A stretch of 64,000 nucleotides of DNA from Candidatus Aenigmatarchaeota archaeon (GCA_039000425.1 JAWBPV010000001.1:38-64037); one strand, 5' to 3'. Shown: positions 9,516-19,995, counted from the first letter of the stretch. The notes: generated by a model not told the origin, from the letters alone. Numbers and translations: made by a program.

Positions 9516-11395
9516 ATGGGGTTGAAATGGAAATTCTGAAAAAAGTAGAGAGTCTTCTACCTAAGGGAGTTGTTAGTAAGATAGAGTTGGAAGGATCGGA
9601 AATAATAATCTACACTAAAGATAGAGAATTCTTTCGAAGTTGTGAAGAAAACATAAAGCAGATAGTGAGTGAAATAAAGAAGAGGATAGAAGTTAGGTTG
9701 GAGAAAGATCTTTGCTTAGAGGAAAATGCCGCAAAAGAAAAGATAAAGGAAATAATTCCGGAAGATGCGAAAATAAAAGAAATTTATTTTGAGCCTGAAA
9801 GAAGCTTGGTCATAATAGCTGCTGAAAAGCCAGGATTAGTCATAGGTAAGGGTGGTGAGACTTTCAAGAAAATAAAGGCAGAAACTCTCTGGACTCCAAG
9901 AATAGAAAGGGTGCCATCTATAAAGTCCGAAGTTATAATCGGTACGAGAAAATTTTTACGTGCTGAAAGCAAGTTCAGGAAGAAATTTTTGAATGAAGTT
10001 GGGAAGAACATTTTCAGCGAGAGAACTACAAACAGAGATTGGATAAGGATTATACCATTAGGTGGTTTCAGAGAAGTTGGGAGGAGTTGTTTGTTGGTTG
10101 AAACACCAAAATCAAAAGTTCTGTTGGATTGTGGAATTGCAGTTGGTGCTTCAAATGCAAATCAATATCCAGTCCTACACACAAAAGAATTCGATTACAA
10201 TGAGTTAGATGCGATAATAATCTCTCATTCCCATTTAGATCATTGTGGATTTGTTCCAGTTCTTTACGAAAGGGGGTATGATGGTCCTGTTTACATGACC
10301 ACCCCGACTATCGATCTTGCTACCTTACTCTGGCTTGATTACATAGATGTGATGCAAAAAACTACTTCAACACCACTCTTCACAGCTAAAGGTGTAAAAG
10401 AGGCTGTTAAGCATAGTATAGCTTTAGAATATGGAGAAGTATCCGATGTTGCCCCTGACGTTAGGCTTACTTTCCAAAACGCTGGTCACATCTTAGGTTC
10501 TGCCTTGATCCATTTACATATAGGAGAAGGTCTTCATAACATAGTTTATGCTTTAGACCAAAAGTTCGGGAGAACAACTCTTCTCGAACCAGCTTTCACC
10601 AACTTTCAAAGAGTTGAAACTTTGATAATAGAATCTACTTATGGTGGTGTGAGAGATATCATGCCTTCTAGACAAGAAACTGAAAGGCAACTCATGGAAA
10701 TTATAAACTCTACGATGGAGAGAAAAGGGATTTGTCTTATACCATCTTTTTCGGTTGAAAGGGCTCAAGAAGTTATGGTTGTACTAGTTGAAAACAACTT
10801 CCAATATCCTGTTTTCTTGGATGGAATGATATGGGACGCTAACGGCATTTTCACAGCCTATCCGGAGTACCTCTCAAGAAACATGCAGAAAAAAATATTC
10901 TCGGGGGAAGACCCTTTCCTGAATCCGATTTTCAAGAGAATAGCTTCACCTAGCGAGAGGGAAAAAGCTTGGCAAGAAAAACCTTGTGTGATAATATCAA
11001 CGAGCGGGATGTTAATAGGTGGTCCTGTCATGGAACATTTAAAAGTTTTGGCTGAAGATTCGAATAACACTTTAATCTTCGTCGGTTATCAATGTGAAGG
11101 GACTTTGGGGAGAAGGATTCAGAAAGGATGGAGAGAAATCCCGATGAAAACTGAAGATGGTAAGAACATTTCGATTGAAATGAAGATGGATGTTAAAACT
11201 GTGGAAGGACTTAGTGGCCATTCTGATAGGAATCAACTTCTCGCTTTCGTTCACAGGTTGACTTCTAGACCTGATAGGGTTGTGATCGCTCATGGTGAAA
11301 GTCAAAAATCTTTAGAATTGGCTAGAGCGATCCACAGGAGCTTAAGAGTAGAGACTAACGTGCCTAGGAATCTAGAGAGTTTGAGGTTGAAATGA
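9512..11395 (+). CDS. aCPSF1/FttA: KH-domain beta-CASP metallo-beta-lactamase ribonuclease (transcription termination factor)
   Basis: N-terminal KH domains, HSHLDHCG MBL motif, beta-CASP region, ~627 aa typical of archaeal CPSF1. Confidence 0.85.
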   Translation: MNGVEMEILKKVESLLPKGVVSKIELEGSEIIIYTKDREFFRSCEENIKQIVSEIKKRIEVRLEKDLCLEENAAKEKIKEIIPEDAKIKEIYFEPERSLVIIAAEKPGLVIGKGGETFKKIKAETLWTPRIERVPSIKSEVIIGTRKFLRAESKFRKKFLNEVGKNIFSERTTNRDWIRIIPLGGFREVGRSCLLVETPKSKVLLDCGIAVGASNANQYPVLHTKEFDYNELDAIIISHSHLDHCGFVPVLYERGYDGPVYMTTPTIDLATLLWLDYIDVMQKTTSTPLFTAKGVKEAVKHSIALEYGEVSDVAPDVRLTFQNAGHILGSALIHLHIGEGLHNIVYALDQKFGRTTLLEPAFTNFQRVETLIIESTYGGVRDIMPSRQETERQLMEIINSTMERKGICLIPSFSVERAQEVMVVLVENNFQYPVFLDGMIWDANGIFTAYPEYLSRNMQKKIFSGEDPFLNPIFKRIASPSEREKAWQEKPCVIISTSGMLIGGPVMEHLKVLAEDSNNTLIFVGYQCEGTLGRRIQKGWREIPMKTEDGKNISIEMKMDVKTVEGLSGHSDRNQLLAFVHRLTSRPDRVVIAHGESQKSLELARAIHRSLRVETNVPRNLESLRLK

Positions 11396-12649
11396 TCAGT
11401 AAGGATAAGATAAACCAAGGGTAAATTTATAAACTTCAAATATGTCGTCATTTTTTATGTTGATGTAAGAAGATGAAATACCTTTTTGGAGAGGTGCAGA
11501 TAGAACTAGGAACTTCTTCTTAGATGCCCAAAGTATCAAGGAAAGCAATAGAGTTTTCTCGTCATCTGAAGGTTGATCCCCGAAATCGTACATCCACGCA
11601 ATTCTCGAAGAATTCAAGATAACCGCAGGATAGAAAATTTGTCCAAATCCTTTGACCAATATCCTATCCATTCTACCATCGTTTGGTAAAACATTACATT
11701 TTCCTGTTGGAAGATAATTTCCGAAATAATACTCCGGTTTATTCTTGAAAGAAATTGCTATGATGCTAGAGTTGTGAATGTAATTTAGGGTAAAGTTATA
11801 TTTACCTATTCTAAAACTTTCTCCCACCTTCACTATAACATCCCTCGTTGAATTTCCATCAACATCGAACCATACATACGTATCATTACAAATCCAGAAT
11901 TTGTATATGGTTTTGTTCAACACAAAGTTTCCTTCATTCTTGCAATCTGGATAAGTTAAACTTAGGGATGAGTTGAGAGGAATGGGTACGTGATAGAAAT
12001 TTTTGTATGGGGTGTAAACCATAACTGAAGAATTTTCTGGTTTGGTGAAATTCATAAAATTTGTAATTCCCACACTCCCTGTACAGTTTATACCAAAAAT
12101 TTGTTTTTGTGCTATATCTATCTCGGATTGAGAATTGAAATTCATCATCTCAACAATCCCGATTCCCCTGGATATGTATTTTTGTAAGATAGAATTGTAG
12201 TTAGCTAGATTTTTGTAATTTTTTATCAATATAACATCAGTTTCCTGGGGAATTTCTTCAAGTTTTGATTTAAAGAAAATAATGTATATCCTTCTCTTAT
12301 TCAAAAATAGTGGATTAAACCAAAAATTCATCTTGTTTATTTCTTCTTCAGTACAATTACATGCAACCATTATTTGATTTGGGAAAGTACCTTCTACTTC
12401 AGACCATGGTATCAAATTTTTTTCTGGCACAGTTCTTTCGAGAAAATTTCTTAAAGTTGATTTATTGAAAGAGAATTGATATAGAAACCCTGTTCTGTCC
12501 ATAGTTAATATCAAATCTCTTGTCAACAACATGACCTTCGCTTCTTTCCACTTATCTTTGTAAACGAACCCTGGAAAGAGTATACCAAAAGTTATGAAAA
12601 TTGCTATTAAAACTGTTACCATCTCAACTAGTGGTACTTGTGCTTTCAT
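11396..12649 (-). CDS. Large prepilin-like surface protein (class III signal peptide, many N-glycosylation sequons)
   Basis: N-terminus MKAQVPLVEM + hydrophobic stretch (Q at +1 like EppA-type pilins); >10 N-x-S/T sequons in the extracellular part. Confidence 0.45.
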   Translation of the reverse strand: MKAQVPLVEMVTVLIAIFITFGILFPGFVYKDKWKEAKVMLLTRDLILTMDRTGFLYQFSFNKSTLRNFLERTVPEKNLIPWSEVEGTFPNQIMVACNCTEEEINKMNFWFNPLFLNKRRIYIIFFKSKLEEIPQETDVILIKNYKNLANYNSILQKYISRGIGIVEMMNFNSQSEIDIAQKQIFGINCTGSVGITNFMNFTKPENSSVMVYTPYKNFYHVPIPLNSSLSLTYPDCKNEGNFVLNKTIYKFWICNDTYVWFDVDGNSTRDVIVKVGESFRIGKYNFTLNYIHNSSIIAISFKNKPEYYFGNYLPTGKCNVLPNDGRMDRILVKGFGQIFYPAVILNSSRIAWMYDFGDQPSDDEKTLLLSLILWASKKKFLVLSAPLQKGISSSYINIKNDDIFEVYKFTLGLSYPY

Positions 12650-12650
12650 C

Positions 12651-13151
12651 TTACCACGCGCTCAGCACCAGCTCCCCATGCCGTGTCATAATCCCATCGG
12701 TGTAAGCAACTATCCTCGAGATCGTAAAATTCCTAGCACCCCTTGCTTGTGTTTTCAAAATTGAACAGCTTCCGTTTAAACTTCCTGTTATGTTTTTAAA
12801 CGTTACCTCTAGATTATGATCCAAGATAATTTTATCACCAACTTTTGAACAATTGGAAAAAAAAGATTTCATTTTTATTCCTGAAATCAAGTTGGTCTCA
12901 TTCTTGGTTTCATCCGAAAGTCCCAACTTTTTCACGTTATCAAAACTTGTCTTGTACCAATCGATTGGATAACCTGGATCGTTTATCAACAACTCAGAGA
13001 TCTGAAAAATTTCCGATTTCAACCTTTGAGCTTTTAATTCATTCAGGTAATTTGGTATGAAGGAAGAAACTTGAAATGCTACGAAAGTCACGGCTCCCAA
13101 AAAGATAGTCATAGCAGTCAAAAATTCAACAAAACTTATTTGGGCTTTCAT
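12651..13151 (-). CDS. Type IV pilin-like protein (DUF361-like class III signal peptide)
   Basis: MKA|QISFVEF followed by TM helix; matches Q+1/QxSxEF pattern of Methanococcus-type pilins. Confidence 0.5.
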   Translation of the reverse strand: MKAQISFVEFLTAMTIFLGAVTFVAFQVSSFIPNYLNELKAQRLKSEIFQISELLINDPGYPIDWYKTSFDNVKKLGLSDETKNETNLISGIKMKSFFSNCSKVGDKIILDHNLEVTFKNITGSLNGSCSILKTQARGARNFTISRIVAYTDGIMTRHGELVLSAW

Positions 13152-14090
13152 TTAAACACCGAGGAAATTCAATACTTTGAGTAATAGTAATATTCCCCAT
13201 ACAGCAACTGTTAATATCAAAGCGTGTTTAATTCCAGCGGTCATCGACCTTTCTGTTACTTCGCCCACAACGATACCACACGATATGGCTATTATTGTAC
13301 TCATGTAAAAAAATAGAGAAATGTAGTAACTTGCTATACTTCCCGCTTTTTCCAAGCCAAAGATGTAAATCGCTGGGATGGAAAAAATATCACATATTAA
13401 ACTGGGGTTATTCTCACATGGACTTACAAAAACTGAGAACTCTCCAAGGCTCTCTGAAGTGCGAAATATTGGGAGTAACAATCTGTTTATTCCAACTAGA
13501 ATTGCAAGGAATATGAAAGCTATACCATAAATTAAAACAACGTACTGGTTTAGAATACTTTTTCTCTCTTTATCTATTTCATTCAGTTGTGTTAAACTAT
13601 CAGCGATAGAAGCAAGTGTCGAAACAACATCTCCTCCTGTGTAATAAGTCTCCTTCAAAATTTTAATGGATAAGTAAAGTTTTTTACTAGACTTAACCCT
13701 TTCTGTAAATTGATCCAGAACTTTGTTAACTGGCATTCCCCAAGAAATCTGATTTGCCATCTTCTTTATTTCTTTTGAAAGCTCACCATATTCCACTTTA
13801 CTCGCAGCAACTATGGCTTGATGGAAAGGAACACCTGCATTTATAGATTCCACCAAATCTCTCAGAAAAGCTGGCATGGTCTCTTCCATTTCCTTTATGG
13901 CTCTCTCCCTTTGATATCTAAGTATAACAAGCGGCAATATTAGCATGAAAGCGAAAAGGATGAGTGCATTGGATATGACTCCTATCCTTGTTTTTTCATC
14001 TTCATTCAACAAACCAATTATTATCAAAAAACTTGTTATCGAAATCGCTATCAAGATTATTTTTTGCTCTGTGGTTAATTTTATTTTCAA
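13152..14090 (-). CDS. TadC/FlaJ-like pilus assembly membrane protein (second of two)
   Basis: T2SSF-type polytopic membrane topology; apparent TTG start immediately after in-frame TGA of upstream paralog. Confidence 0.55.
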   Translation of the reverse strand: MKIKLTTEQKIILIAISITSFLIIIGLLNEDEKTRIGVISNALILFAFMLILPLVILRYQRERAIKEMEETMPAFLRDLVESINAGVPFHQAIVAASKVEYGELSKEIKKMANQISWGMPVNKVLDQFTERVKSSKKLYLSIKILKETYYTGGDVVSTLASIADSLTQLNEIDKERKSILNQYVVLIYGIAFIFLAILVGINRLLLPIFRTSESLGEFSVFVSPCENNPSLICDIFSIPAIYIFGLEKAGSIASYYISLFFYMSTIIAISCGIVVGEVTERSMTAGIKHALILTVAVWGILLLLKVLNFLGV

Positions 14091-14960
14091 TCAATCCCCT
14101 CCAGGAGTAGCTGTTTTTATCATGTAAGTGAAAATTCCAGAGATTAAAGGCAGGAAGATGAATATTATGAAGAACTGAAGTGATAACAATTGTTGAGACA
14201 CTCCTGTTATCCCAGAAACTATCGAAGTCAAAATCAAGAAGAAAATAGCACCTAAAACAACAGCGGTGATGTAAATTTCCAGATAAATACCAAGCTGATG
14301 TGAAAAATCTTTTAGTTTTGTTCTGTATTCTGACATAAAGTTCCTTGCTTTTTCTTTCAAGTAAACTTCAACATCTCCCCCGCTTATACTAGTTGAAAGA
14401 ATACCCCATAGCAATTCTTTCAATTTCTTAGATGGTGATCTTTCCACTGCTCTCTCTAAAGCTGTGTTCACATCTAGTCCGAAAATTCTTATATCGTTGT
14501 CTATTTTTGAAATCTCTTCTGTCAATTCACCATAACCAGTGAACTTTGAAAAAATTTCGAAAACTTTGTTAAGTGGAATTTTTGAACTGGTTATCGTCGA
14601 GAGATGAATCGTAGCAAAAAATATTTTTTCATCTATTCTTTTCGCTTTCTGATTCATCACAAGCTTTGGATAATTCATATAAATTATGAAAAAAACTGAG
14701 AGGATGAATAAACAAGTTGTTATCGAAGATAAAAAACCGAACAAAAAACTCTTCAAGAAAAAAGCCAAAATGACCGAAAGTACAGGCAAACCTATCACGA
14801 ATATTAAAATATTTAAAAAAATTCCTTTGGCTATGAATTCATGGGTCGAAAGTTTTATCCCAGCCTTTTTCAAATCAGATTTCAATTCCGAAAAATATGG
14901 GAGTAATAAATCTGCTATAGGATAAAAAAATTTAAAAGAAATTTTAAAGAAACCCATCAA
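14091..14960 (-). CDS. TadB/TadC/FlaJ-like pilus assembly membrane protein (first of two)
   Basis: N- and C-terminal TM helices flanking a cytoplasmic T2SSF-like domain; 4-nt overlap with upstream ATPase gene. Confidence 0.6.
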   Translation of the reverse strand: MMGFFKISFKFFYPIADLLLPYFSELKSDLKKAGIKLSTHEFIAKGIFLNILIFVIGLPVLSVILAFFLKSFLFGFLSSITTCLFILSVFFIIYMNYPKLVMNQKAKRIDEKIFFATIHLSTITSSKIPLNKVFEIFSKFTGYGELTEEISKIDNDIRIFGLDVNTALERAVERSPSKKLKELLWGILSTSISGGDVEVYLKEKARNFMSEYRTKLKDFSHQLGIYLEIYITAVVLGAIFFLILTSIVSGITGVSQQLLSLQFFIIFIFLPLISGIFTYMIKTATPGGD

Positions 14961-16783
14961 GTACCTCCCTTGATTGCTGCCAGAACTTTTGACGGATTTT
15001 TGTAATAAGCGTTTATCACGTTACAAAAATCCTCATACCCTAAAATTTCATTCTTCTGTAACCAATCCAGGATGAGCATCCTTCTTTCAATCTCCTCTTT
15101 TATATCCCTTTCGCTCAAACCACTCAGTTCTGAAATCTTCTTCAGTATATAACTCTTCCCACAAATCTCAAATGTATCGTTAATCGGATTCCATTTGAAA
15201 ACCCTGTTGAATATCGGACTTTTAGTTTTTTCATCCACACCAACAACTTCCAGGATCTCTGTCACCCTTCTAACTTGTTTATTCCTATATCTTGTGAGGA
15301 GCATGAAAATTATTACATCAGCGGCACCAACAAGACTTGGTGGTAAGTTTATCGGTGGTGTTGTAAGTCTGTCCAAAAGTTTTGATACGTTTTCAGCGTG
15401 TATAGTTGCAAGGCTTGGGTGTCCTGTTGCCATTTCCTGGAATAAAACGTATGCTTCTTTACCCCTAACTTCACCAACTATTATGTAATCTGGTCTTTGT
15501 CTTAAACTTTCTTTCAACAAATCGAATAGATCAACTTCACCTGGTTTTCTACCGAATTCTGTTCCTATAGCTGTTCTAGCTACATGTGGAACCCAGTGTG
15601 GGTGTGGTAGTTTGAGTTCTGGTGTATCTTCTATGGATACTACTTTTTCTTCAGGTCTTATGAAAAGTGAAAGTACATTCAATAAAGTTGTTTTACCTGA
15701 AGCTGTACCTCCTGAAACTATAACACTTCTTCCCATATCTATAACAAACCATAAGTAGGCTAAGCTCTTTATGTCTAAAGTTCCATAACCAAGTAAGTGT
15801 ATCGGTGTAAGTGGTTTTTCTGTAAATTTCCTTATCGTGAAATTGCTCCCCCTTCTGGCTATGTCAGTAGCAAGAGTCGCTTGAACTCTACTTCCATCAG
15901 GTAATGAACCTGAAAGTAGAGGGTTTGTTATGGATATTGACTTCCCACATAACTGAGCAAGTCTCATGACAAAAGAATCGAGCTCTTCAGCATCTTCAAA
16001 AACGATATTAGTCATCAAAGACCCTAGGGAAGGGTTCCTGTGGAATATGAAAACTGGTATGTTCACACCATCACAACTTATATCTTCTATTTGATCGTCT
16101 TTCATCAAGGGATCTATTTTTCCTAATCCCATGAAATCTCTTTCTATGTAGTATTGTAATATCAACTTTTCGGTATCACTCAACTTTAAACCTAAATACT
16201 CCAAAGTTTCAGAGATTTGTTTCTTCAAGTAATCCTTAGCTTCAGAAATTTTCAACTTTGAAAAATCAATATCTAGCCTTTCTTCCAAAATTCCTTTGAT
16301 CTTACCCAACAAATCTCCTAGGTTTTTCGTTAGAGGTGGTTCAACAACCTGGTAAACATGCCTGTTGAAATTTTCATCCCAATAAATCTTTGCATACGCG
16401 AGAATTGGTTCACCCCTTTCTGGTTTCTTTGGAACTAAAGGCTGTATGAAAGTTATCTTTTCTCTCTCTTCTTCTGGTATTTCACCGAGTTTAACTTTGG
16501 ATGGACTGAACTCTGGGATTTCAAAACCTTCAACTTCTTTGACAATTTCAGTTTTTTCTTTTTCCTCCTTCAACTCTCCTTCAAATTTTAAAGGCATGAG
16601 GATTGGTTGTATAACCGGCTGAATTGGGAGTTTTATGGTTTGATCTTTTGTTTCTATTGATGGTTGAACGAGAAGTTTCATTAACTGCTGTTGAACTTGT
16701 AGTTGATTTTCCTCTTCTTTACTCGAAATTCTTTTATATCCCTTGACTAAAAATCTCACTATTTTTTTTGCCGGATTCATCAA
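14957..16783 (-). CDS. Type IV pilus/archaellum assembly ATPase (VirB11/FlaI/TadA family)
   Basis: Walker A VSGGTASGKTTLLN, Asp box, Walker B, His box; 608 aa with N-terminal extension. Confidence 0.8.
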   Translation of the reverse strand: MMNPAKKIVRFLVKGYKRISSKEEENQLQVQQQLMKLLVQPSIETKDQTIKLPIQPVIQPILMPLKFEGELKEEKEKTEIVKEVEGFEIPEFSPSKVKLGEIPEEEREKITFIQPLVPKKPERGEPILAYAKIYWDENFNRHVYQVVEPPLTKNLGDLLGKIKGILEERLDIDFSKLKISEAKDYLKKQISETLEYLGLKLSDTEKLILQYYIERDFMGLGKIDPLMKDDQIEDISCDGVNIPVFIFHRNPSLGSLMTNIVFEDAEELDSFVMRLAQLCGKSISITNPLLSGSLPDGSRVQATLATDIARRGSNFTIRKFTEKPLTPIHLLGYGTLDIKSLAYLWFVIDMGRSVIVSGGTASGKTTLLNVLSLFIRPEEKVVSIEDTPELKLPHPHWVPHVARTAIGTEFGRKPGEVDLFDLLKESLRQRPDYIIVGEVRGKEAYVLFQEMATGHPSLATIHAENVSKLLDRLTTPPINLPPSLVGAADVIIFMLLTRYRNKQVRRVTEILEVVGVDEKTKSPIFNRVFKWNPINDTFEICGKSYILKKISELSGLSERDIKEEIERRMLILDWLQKNEILGYEDFCNVINAYYKNPSKVLAAIKGGT

Positions 16784-17205
16784 CTTACCCTCAAATTATT
16801 ATTACTCTTGTTGAACGTTAAAATTATAGGTTTAGAGGATACCGAATATCCGGTTAAAGTTACCGGGTTTTTTGAAATGTTGTGGATGGTAGTTAGATGG
16901 GAAGTACCAAAAGTTGAGATGTTAAGCTTAGAGTCTTGTGTGGTTATCAACAAGGGATAACCGGCAGAAGTATTGTAAATTACTACGGATAAACTCACGA
17001 AATCACAACCTTTACAAGAATCTAAAATGGATATTACCGCTGAAGAGATATAACTACTTGTAAGGTTGACGCTTGAAGATAAAATTTCTTGTCTTAGAAT
17101 ATCTGCTTGATATCTAAAAAAAGATCCTAGAGAAACGAAGATCGAAAATCCTATCATGAAAAATATGAGAAATTGAATAACTACACTTTGCCCTTTTCTC
17201 ATCAT
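16780..17205 (-). CDS. Prepilin-like protein (class III signal peptide)
   Basis: MMRKG|QSVVIQFLIFF: KGQ prepilin cleavage motif followed by hydrophobic helix. Confidence 0.5.
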   Translation of the reverse strand: MMRKGQSVVIQFLIFFMIGFSIFVSLGSFFRYQADILRQEILSSSVNLTSSYISSAVISILDSCKGCDFVSLSVVIYNTSAGYPLLITTQDSKLNISTFGTSHLTTIHNISKNPVTLTGYSVSSKPIILTFNKSNNNLRVS

Positions 17206-17789
17206 AAAAGAATTTCTATTTCTGTTGTAATTAAATTATCACCACTCACACTTCCCTTTGAAATAGTTATCATCTTAGATTTTGACGTGGTAACGCTAAT
17301 CGGTTTGAGTTTTAACTTATAACCTCTTGTTTCACTCCAAAGCTCCCTACAACCAAGCTGGTAAGTTATGTTATAACCATTTGCCAATTGACTTGCCCTA
17401 ACACAAACGACGCAAGGTTCATCTATACCGAGCGTTCCATTCTCGTAAACGAAACCTGTAGAAGCATTGCATCCTTCACCAATCCACAAACCAACAGCTT
17501 TATCGGAAGCTTTACTGAAAAAGGTGAAAGTTAATGTGTTCTTATTCTCATCTATTACCCAAACCCCTTCAACATCAACCGAAAAAGTTTCCCTTCCTCC
17601 CATGCTTGCCACGTTCTTTATCTTTAAGGGAAGATCTTTCGTGAAAAGATTGTTAACTCTAGAGATTAAAGCCATGTCTTGTCTTTTTTGAATCAAGGGT
17701 AATCCCCAGAGGAGAGCTGTTGAAGTTAGACCAAGAGCTATTAAAACTATTATCACTGCTGAGATTATATCAGCTTGTGCTTTATTCAT
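17202..17789 (-). CDS. Prepilin-like protein (class III signal peptide)
   Basis: MNKA|QADIISAVIIVLIALGL N-terminus; several N-glyc sequons and Cys pairs in mature part. Confidence 0.45.
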   Translation of the reverse strand: MNKAQADIISAVIIVLIALGLTSTALLWGLPLIQKRQDMALISRVNNLFTKDLPLKIKNVASMGGRETFSVDVEGVWVIDENKNTLTFTFFSKASDKAVGLWIGEGCNASTGFVYENGTLGIDEPCVVCVRASQLANGYNITYQLGCRELWSETRGYKLKLKPISVTTSKSKMITISKGSVSGDNLITTEIEILL

Positions 17790-17793
17790 AAAC

Positions 17794-18270
17794 TCACATT
17801 CTTTGAATCGGTTTTTTAACCGGTAAAACTGGGGGGACTGGTCTTGATAATTTTTTCTCTATTTCTTCAAGAATCGATATCATGATATCGTTGCTTTGTG
17901 CTATCTTCTTGCTCGATTCTATCAATTCGTTTATTTTCCCCGCTAAACTTCTCGTAACTTCATTTTCAGGTTGATAAACTTCTTCACTTGCTGCTACCCT
18001 TATGTAATTCAAAAATTCATTCAGTTTATTCGAAAGATCTTCAAGTTTTATCGTTAGCTTTGAGAGCTCCAAACGCAAAGCATCGTTAGATTTTGAGATC
18101 TCGTTAACTATTTGTTGGTTCATTCTCAAAACATCAACAACTTCTTTAAAAATTTCCTTCAAGTCAACTGCTGGAGAAATCGATTCCAACTTTTCAACCC
18201 TTTTCTCCAATTTCCTTAAGGGAGAAAGAGGAATTATCTCGTATTCTTCTTTTGGCTCTTTGGAAGACAT
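17794..18270 (-). CDS. Hypothetical coiled-coil protein at head of pilus operon
   Basis: 158 aa, heptad-rich, no recognisable motif; first gene of the co-directional pilus cluster. Confidence 0.3.
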   Translation of the reverse strand: MSSKEPKEEYEIIPLSPLRKLEKRVEKLESISPAVDLKEIFKEVVDVLRMNQQIVNEISKSNDALRLELSKLTIKLEDLSNKLNEFLNYIRVAASEEVYQPENEVTRSLAGKINELIESSKKIAQSNDIMISILEEIEKKLSRPVPPVLPVKKPIQRM

Positions 18271-18306
18271 AATATTAATTAAAAAAAGAGAAAATAAAAG
18301 CTTTTA

Positions 18307-19965
18307 TCACTCTTCTGATTCTTCTGAAGATGGTGTGCTTGGAGTACTCTTCTCAAGCTTACCAGCAGCTATGACATCATCTATCCTCAGTATCATCTCT
18401 GCAGCTTCTGCAGCCGATTTTATAGCTTGTGTCTTAACTTTCAAAGGTTCTATTACTCCCATCTCTATAGCATCTTCGATTTTTCCAGTGTTCAAGTTTA
18501 TCCCATAAGTTATCTTTCCATGCTCATGTGCTGCCCTCAATTCCACAAGCGTGTCTATCGGGTCTAAACCTGCATTTTCGGCTAAAGCTCTTGGTATAAC
18601 TTCCATAGCGTCAGCGAAAGCCAGTATTGCAAGTTGCTCCCTACCTGAGAACTTTTCTGCAAACTTTCTCAACTTGTTAGCAACTTCTGCTTCGGGTGCA
18701 CCTGCTCCAGCTACTATTTTACCAACTTCGAGCGCGGAAGCCACAGCACCAACAGCATCTTCTATGCTTCTGTCTATCTCATCGACAACATGCTCGGTGC
18801 TTCCCCTAACCAAGATAGTCACTGCCTTAGGATCTTTACATTCTCTGACAAAAGTCATAGCTTCTCCTGCAATCTTCTTTTCTTCAACTATTTTAGCAAA
18901 ACCTAAATCTTCTGGGGTCAAATCATCAAGATTAGAAACTATTCTTCCCCCGGTTGCTTTAGCTAGTTTTTCCATGTCGGATTGTTTAACTCTCCTGCAA
19001 GCTAGAATTCCTTTCTTAGCCAAATAGTGTTGGGCTAAATCATCTATGCCTTTCTGACACAAAACCACGTTAGCACCAACTCTCACTATTTTATCAACCA
19101 TGTTCTTTATCATCTTCTGCTCTTGTTCTATGAACGCTTGCATCTGTTCAGGGGAAGTTATCCTTATCTCGGCATCAGTTTCTGGTTCTTTTACTTCCAA
19201 CGCTACATCTAGCAAAGCTATCTTAGCATTTTCCACTTTTTTTGGCATGGCTGGATGTACCACTTCTTTATCAATAACTATTCCTTTTATAAGCTCTGTT
19301 TCTTCTGCTGAACCACCATGCTTCTTAACTCTACTAACATCGTCCGTATCAACCTCGATCTTACCATCAACTTTTCTTGCCACTTCTTTCAAAGCTTGAA
19401 CCACTATCTCAGCTAGCTTAGGGGAAGCCCTCTCAACAGACTTTCCGGACATTGAAGTTAATGCGATTTTCGTCAACGTTTCTGTATCTTCTATATCAAC
19501 TGGTTTTGCCATATTTTCAAGAATCCTAAGAGCCTCATCTTTCGCCAGCTTGTATCCTTTTGTTATAACTGTTGGGTGAATATCTTGATCTAAAAGCTCT
19601 TCTGCCTTCTTTAAAAGCTCACCAGCAATAACAACTGAAGTTGTTGTACCGTCGCCCACTTCGTCGTTCTGTGTTTTTGCCACTTCGACCATCATCTTTG
19701 CTGCTGGATGTTCAACATCCATTTCTTCTAGTATCGTAACTCCATCGTTTGTTATCACTATATCCCCTATCGAATCCACTAACATTTTATCCATGCCTTT
19801 AGGCCCTAAAGTTGTCCTCACTGCATCTGCTACTGCCTTAGCTGCAGCTATGTTGTTCTTCTGCGCATCCCTTCCTGTGGAACGTAGAGTTCCTTCTGGT
19901 AATATGAGTATTGGTTGTCCACCTAAACTCCCGAGCATAGCCTTTGCCTCGGCCATATTCAACAC
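18307..19965 (-). CDS. ths: Thermosome subunit (group II chaperonin)
   Basis: ATP-binding GDGTTT motif, 552 aa, C-terminal low-complexity tail. Confidence 0.9.
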   Translation of the reverse strand: MLNMAEAKAMLGSLGGQPILILPEGTLRSTGRDAQKNNIAAAKAVADAVRTTLGPKGMDKMLVDSIGDIVITNDGVTILEEMDVEHPAAKMMVEVAKTQNDEVGDGTTTSVVIAGELLKKAEELLDQDIHPTVITKGYKLAKDEALRILENMAKPVDIEDTETLTKIALTSMSGKSVERASPKLAEIVVQALKEVARKVDGKIEVDTDDVSRVKKHGGSAEETELIKGIVIDKEVVHPAMPKKVENAKIALLDVALEVKEPETDAEIRITSPEQMQAFIEQEQKMIKNMVDKIVRVGANVVLCQKGIDDLAQHYLAKKGILACRRVKQSDMEKLAKATGGRIVSNLDDLTPEDLGFAKIVEEKKIAGEAMTFVRECKDPKAVTILVRGSTEHVVDEIDRSIEDAVGAVASALEVGKIVAGAGAPEAEVANKLRKFAEKFSGREQLAILAFADAMEVIPRALAENAGLDPIDTLVELRAAHEHGKITYGINLNTGKIEDAIEMGVIEPLKVKTQAIKSAAEAAEMILRIDDVIAAGKLEKSTPSTPSSEESEE

Positions 19966-19995
19966 CAGGAGAAACTATTTTATAATTATTCGCAA

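Noticed and set aside
11393-11398. Palindromic TGATCA formed by the abutting stop codons of the convergent aCPSF1 and pilin genes
   Set aside because: It is a coincidental consequence of two TGA stops meeting tail-to-tail, not a regulatory element.
14088-14093. In-frame TGA between the two TadC-like ORFs as a possible selenocysteine or genetic-code reassignment
   Set aside because: TGA is used as an ordinary terminator for several well-delimited genes in the window (psmB, the wHTH gene, aCPSF1, carA). No SECIS-like element was noticed, so a split gene or pseudogene is far more likely.
18551-19399. Ala/Ser-rich ORFs antisense to the thermosome gene
   Set aside because: These are shadow ORFs produced by the GC-richer, Ala/Gly-rich chaperonin coding sequence. 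They have no start context or motifs.
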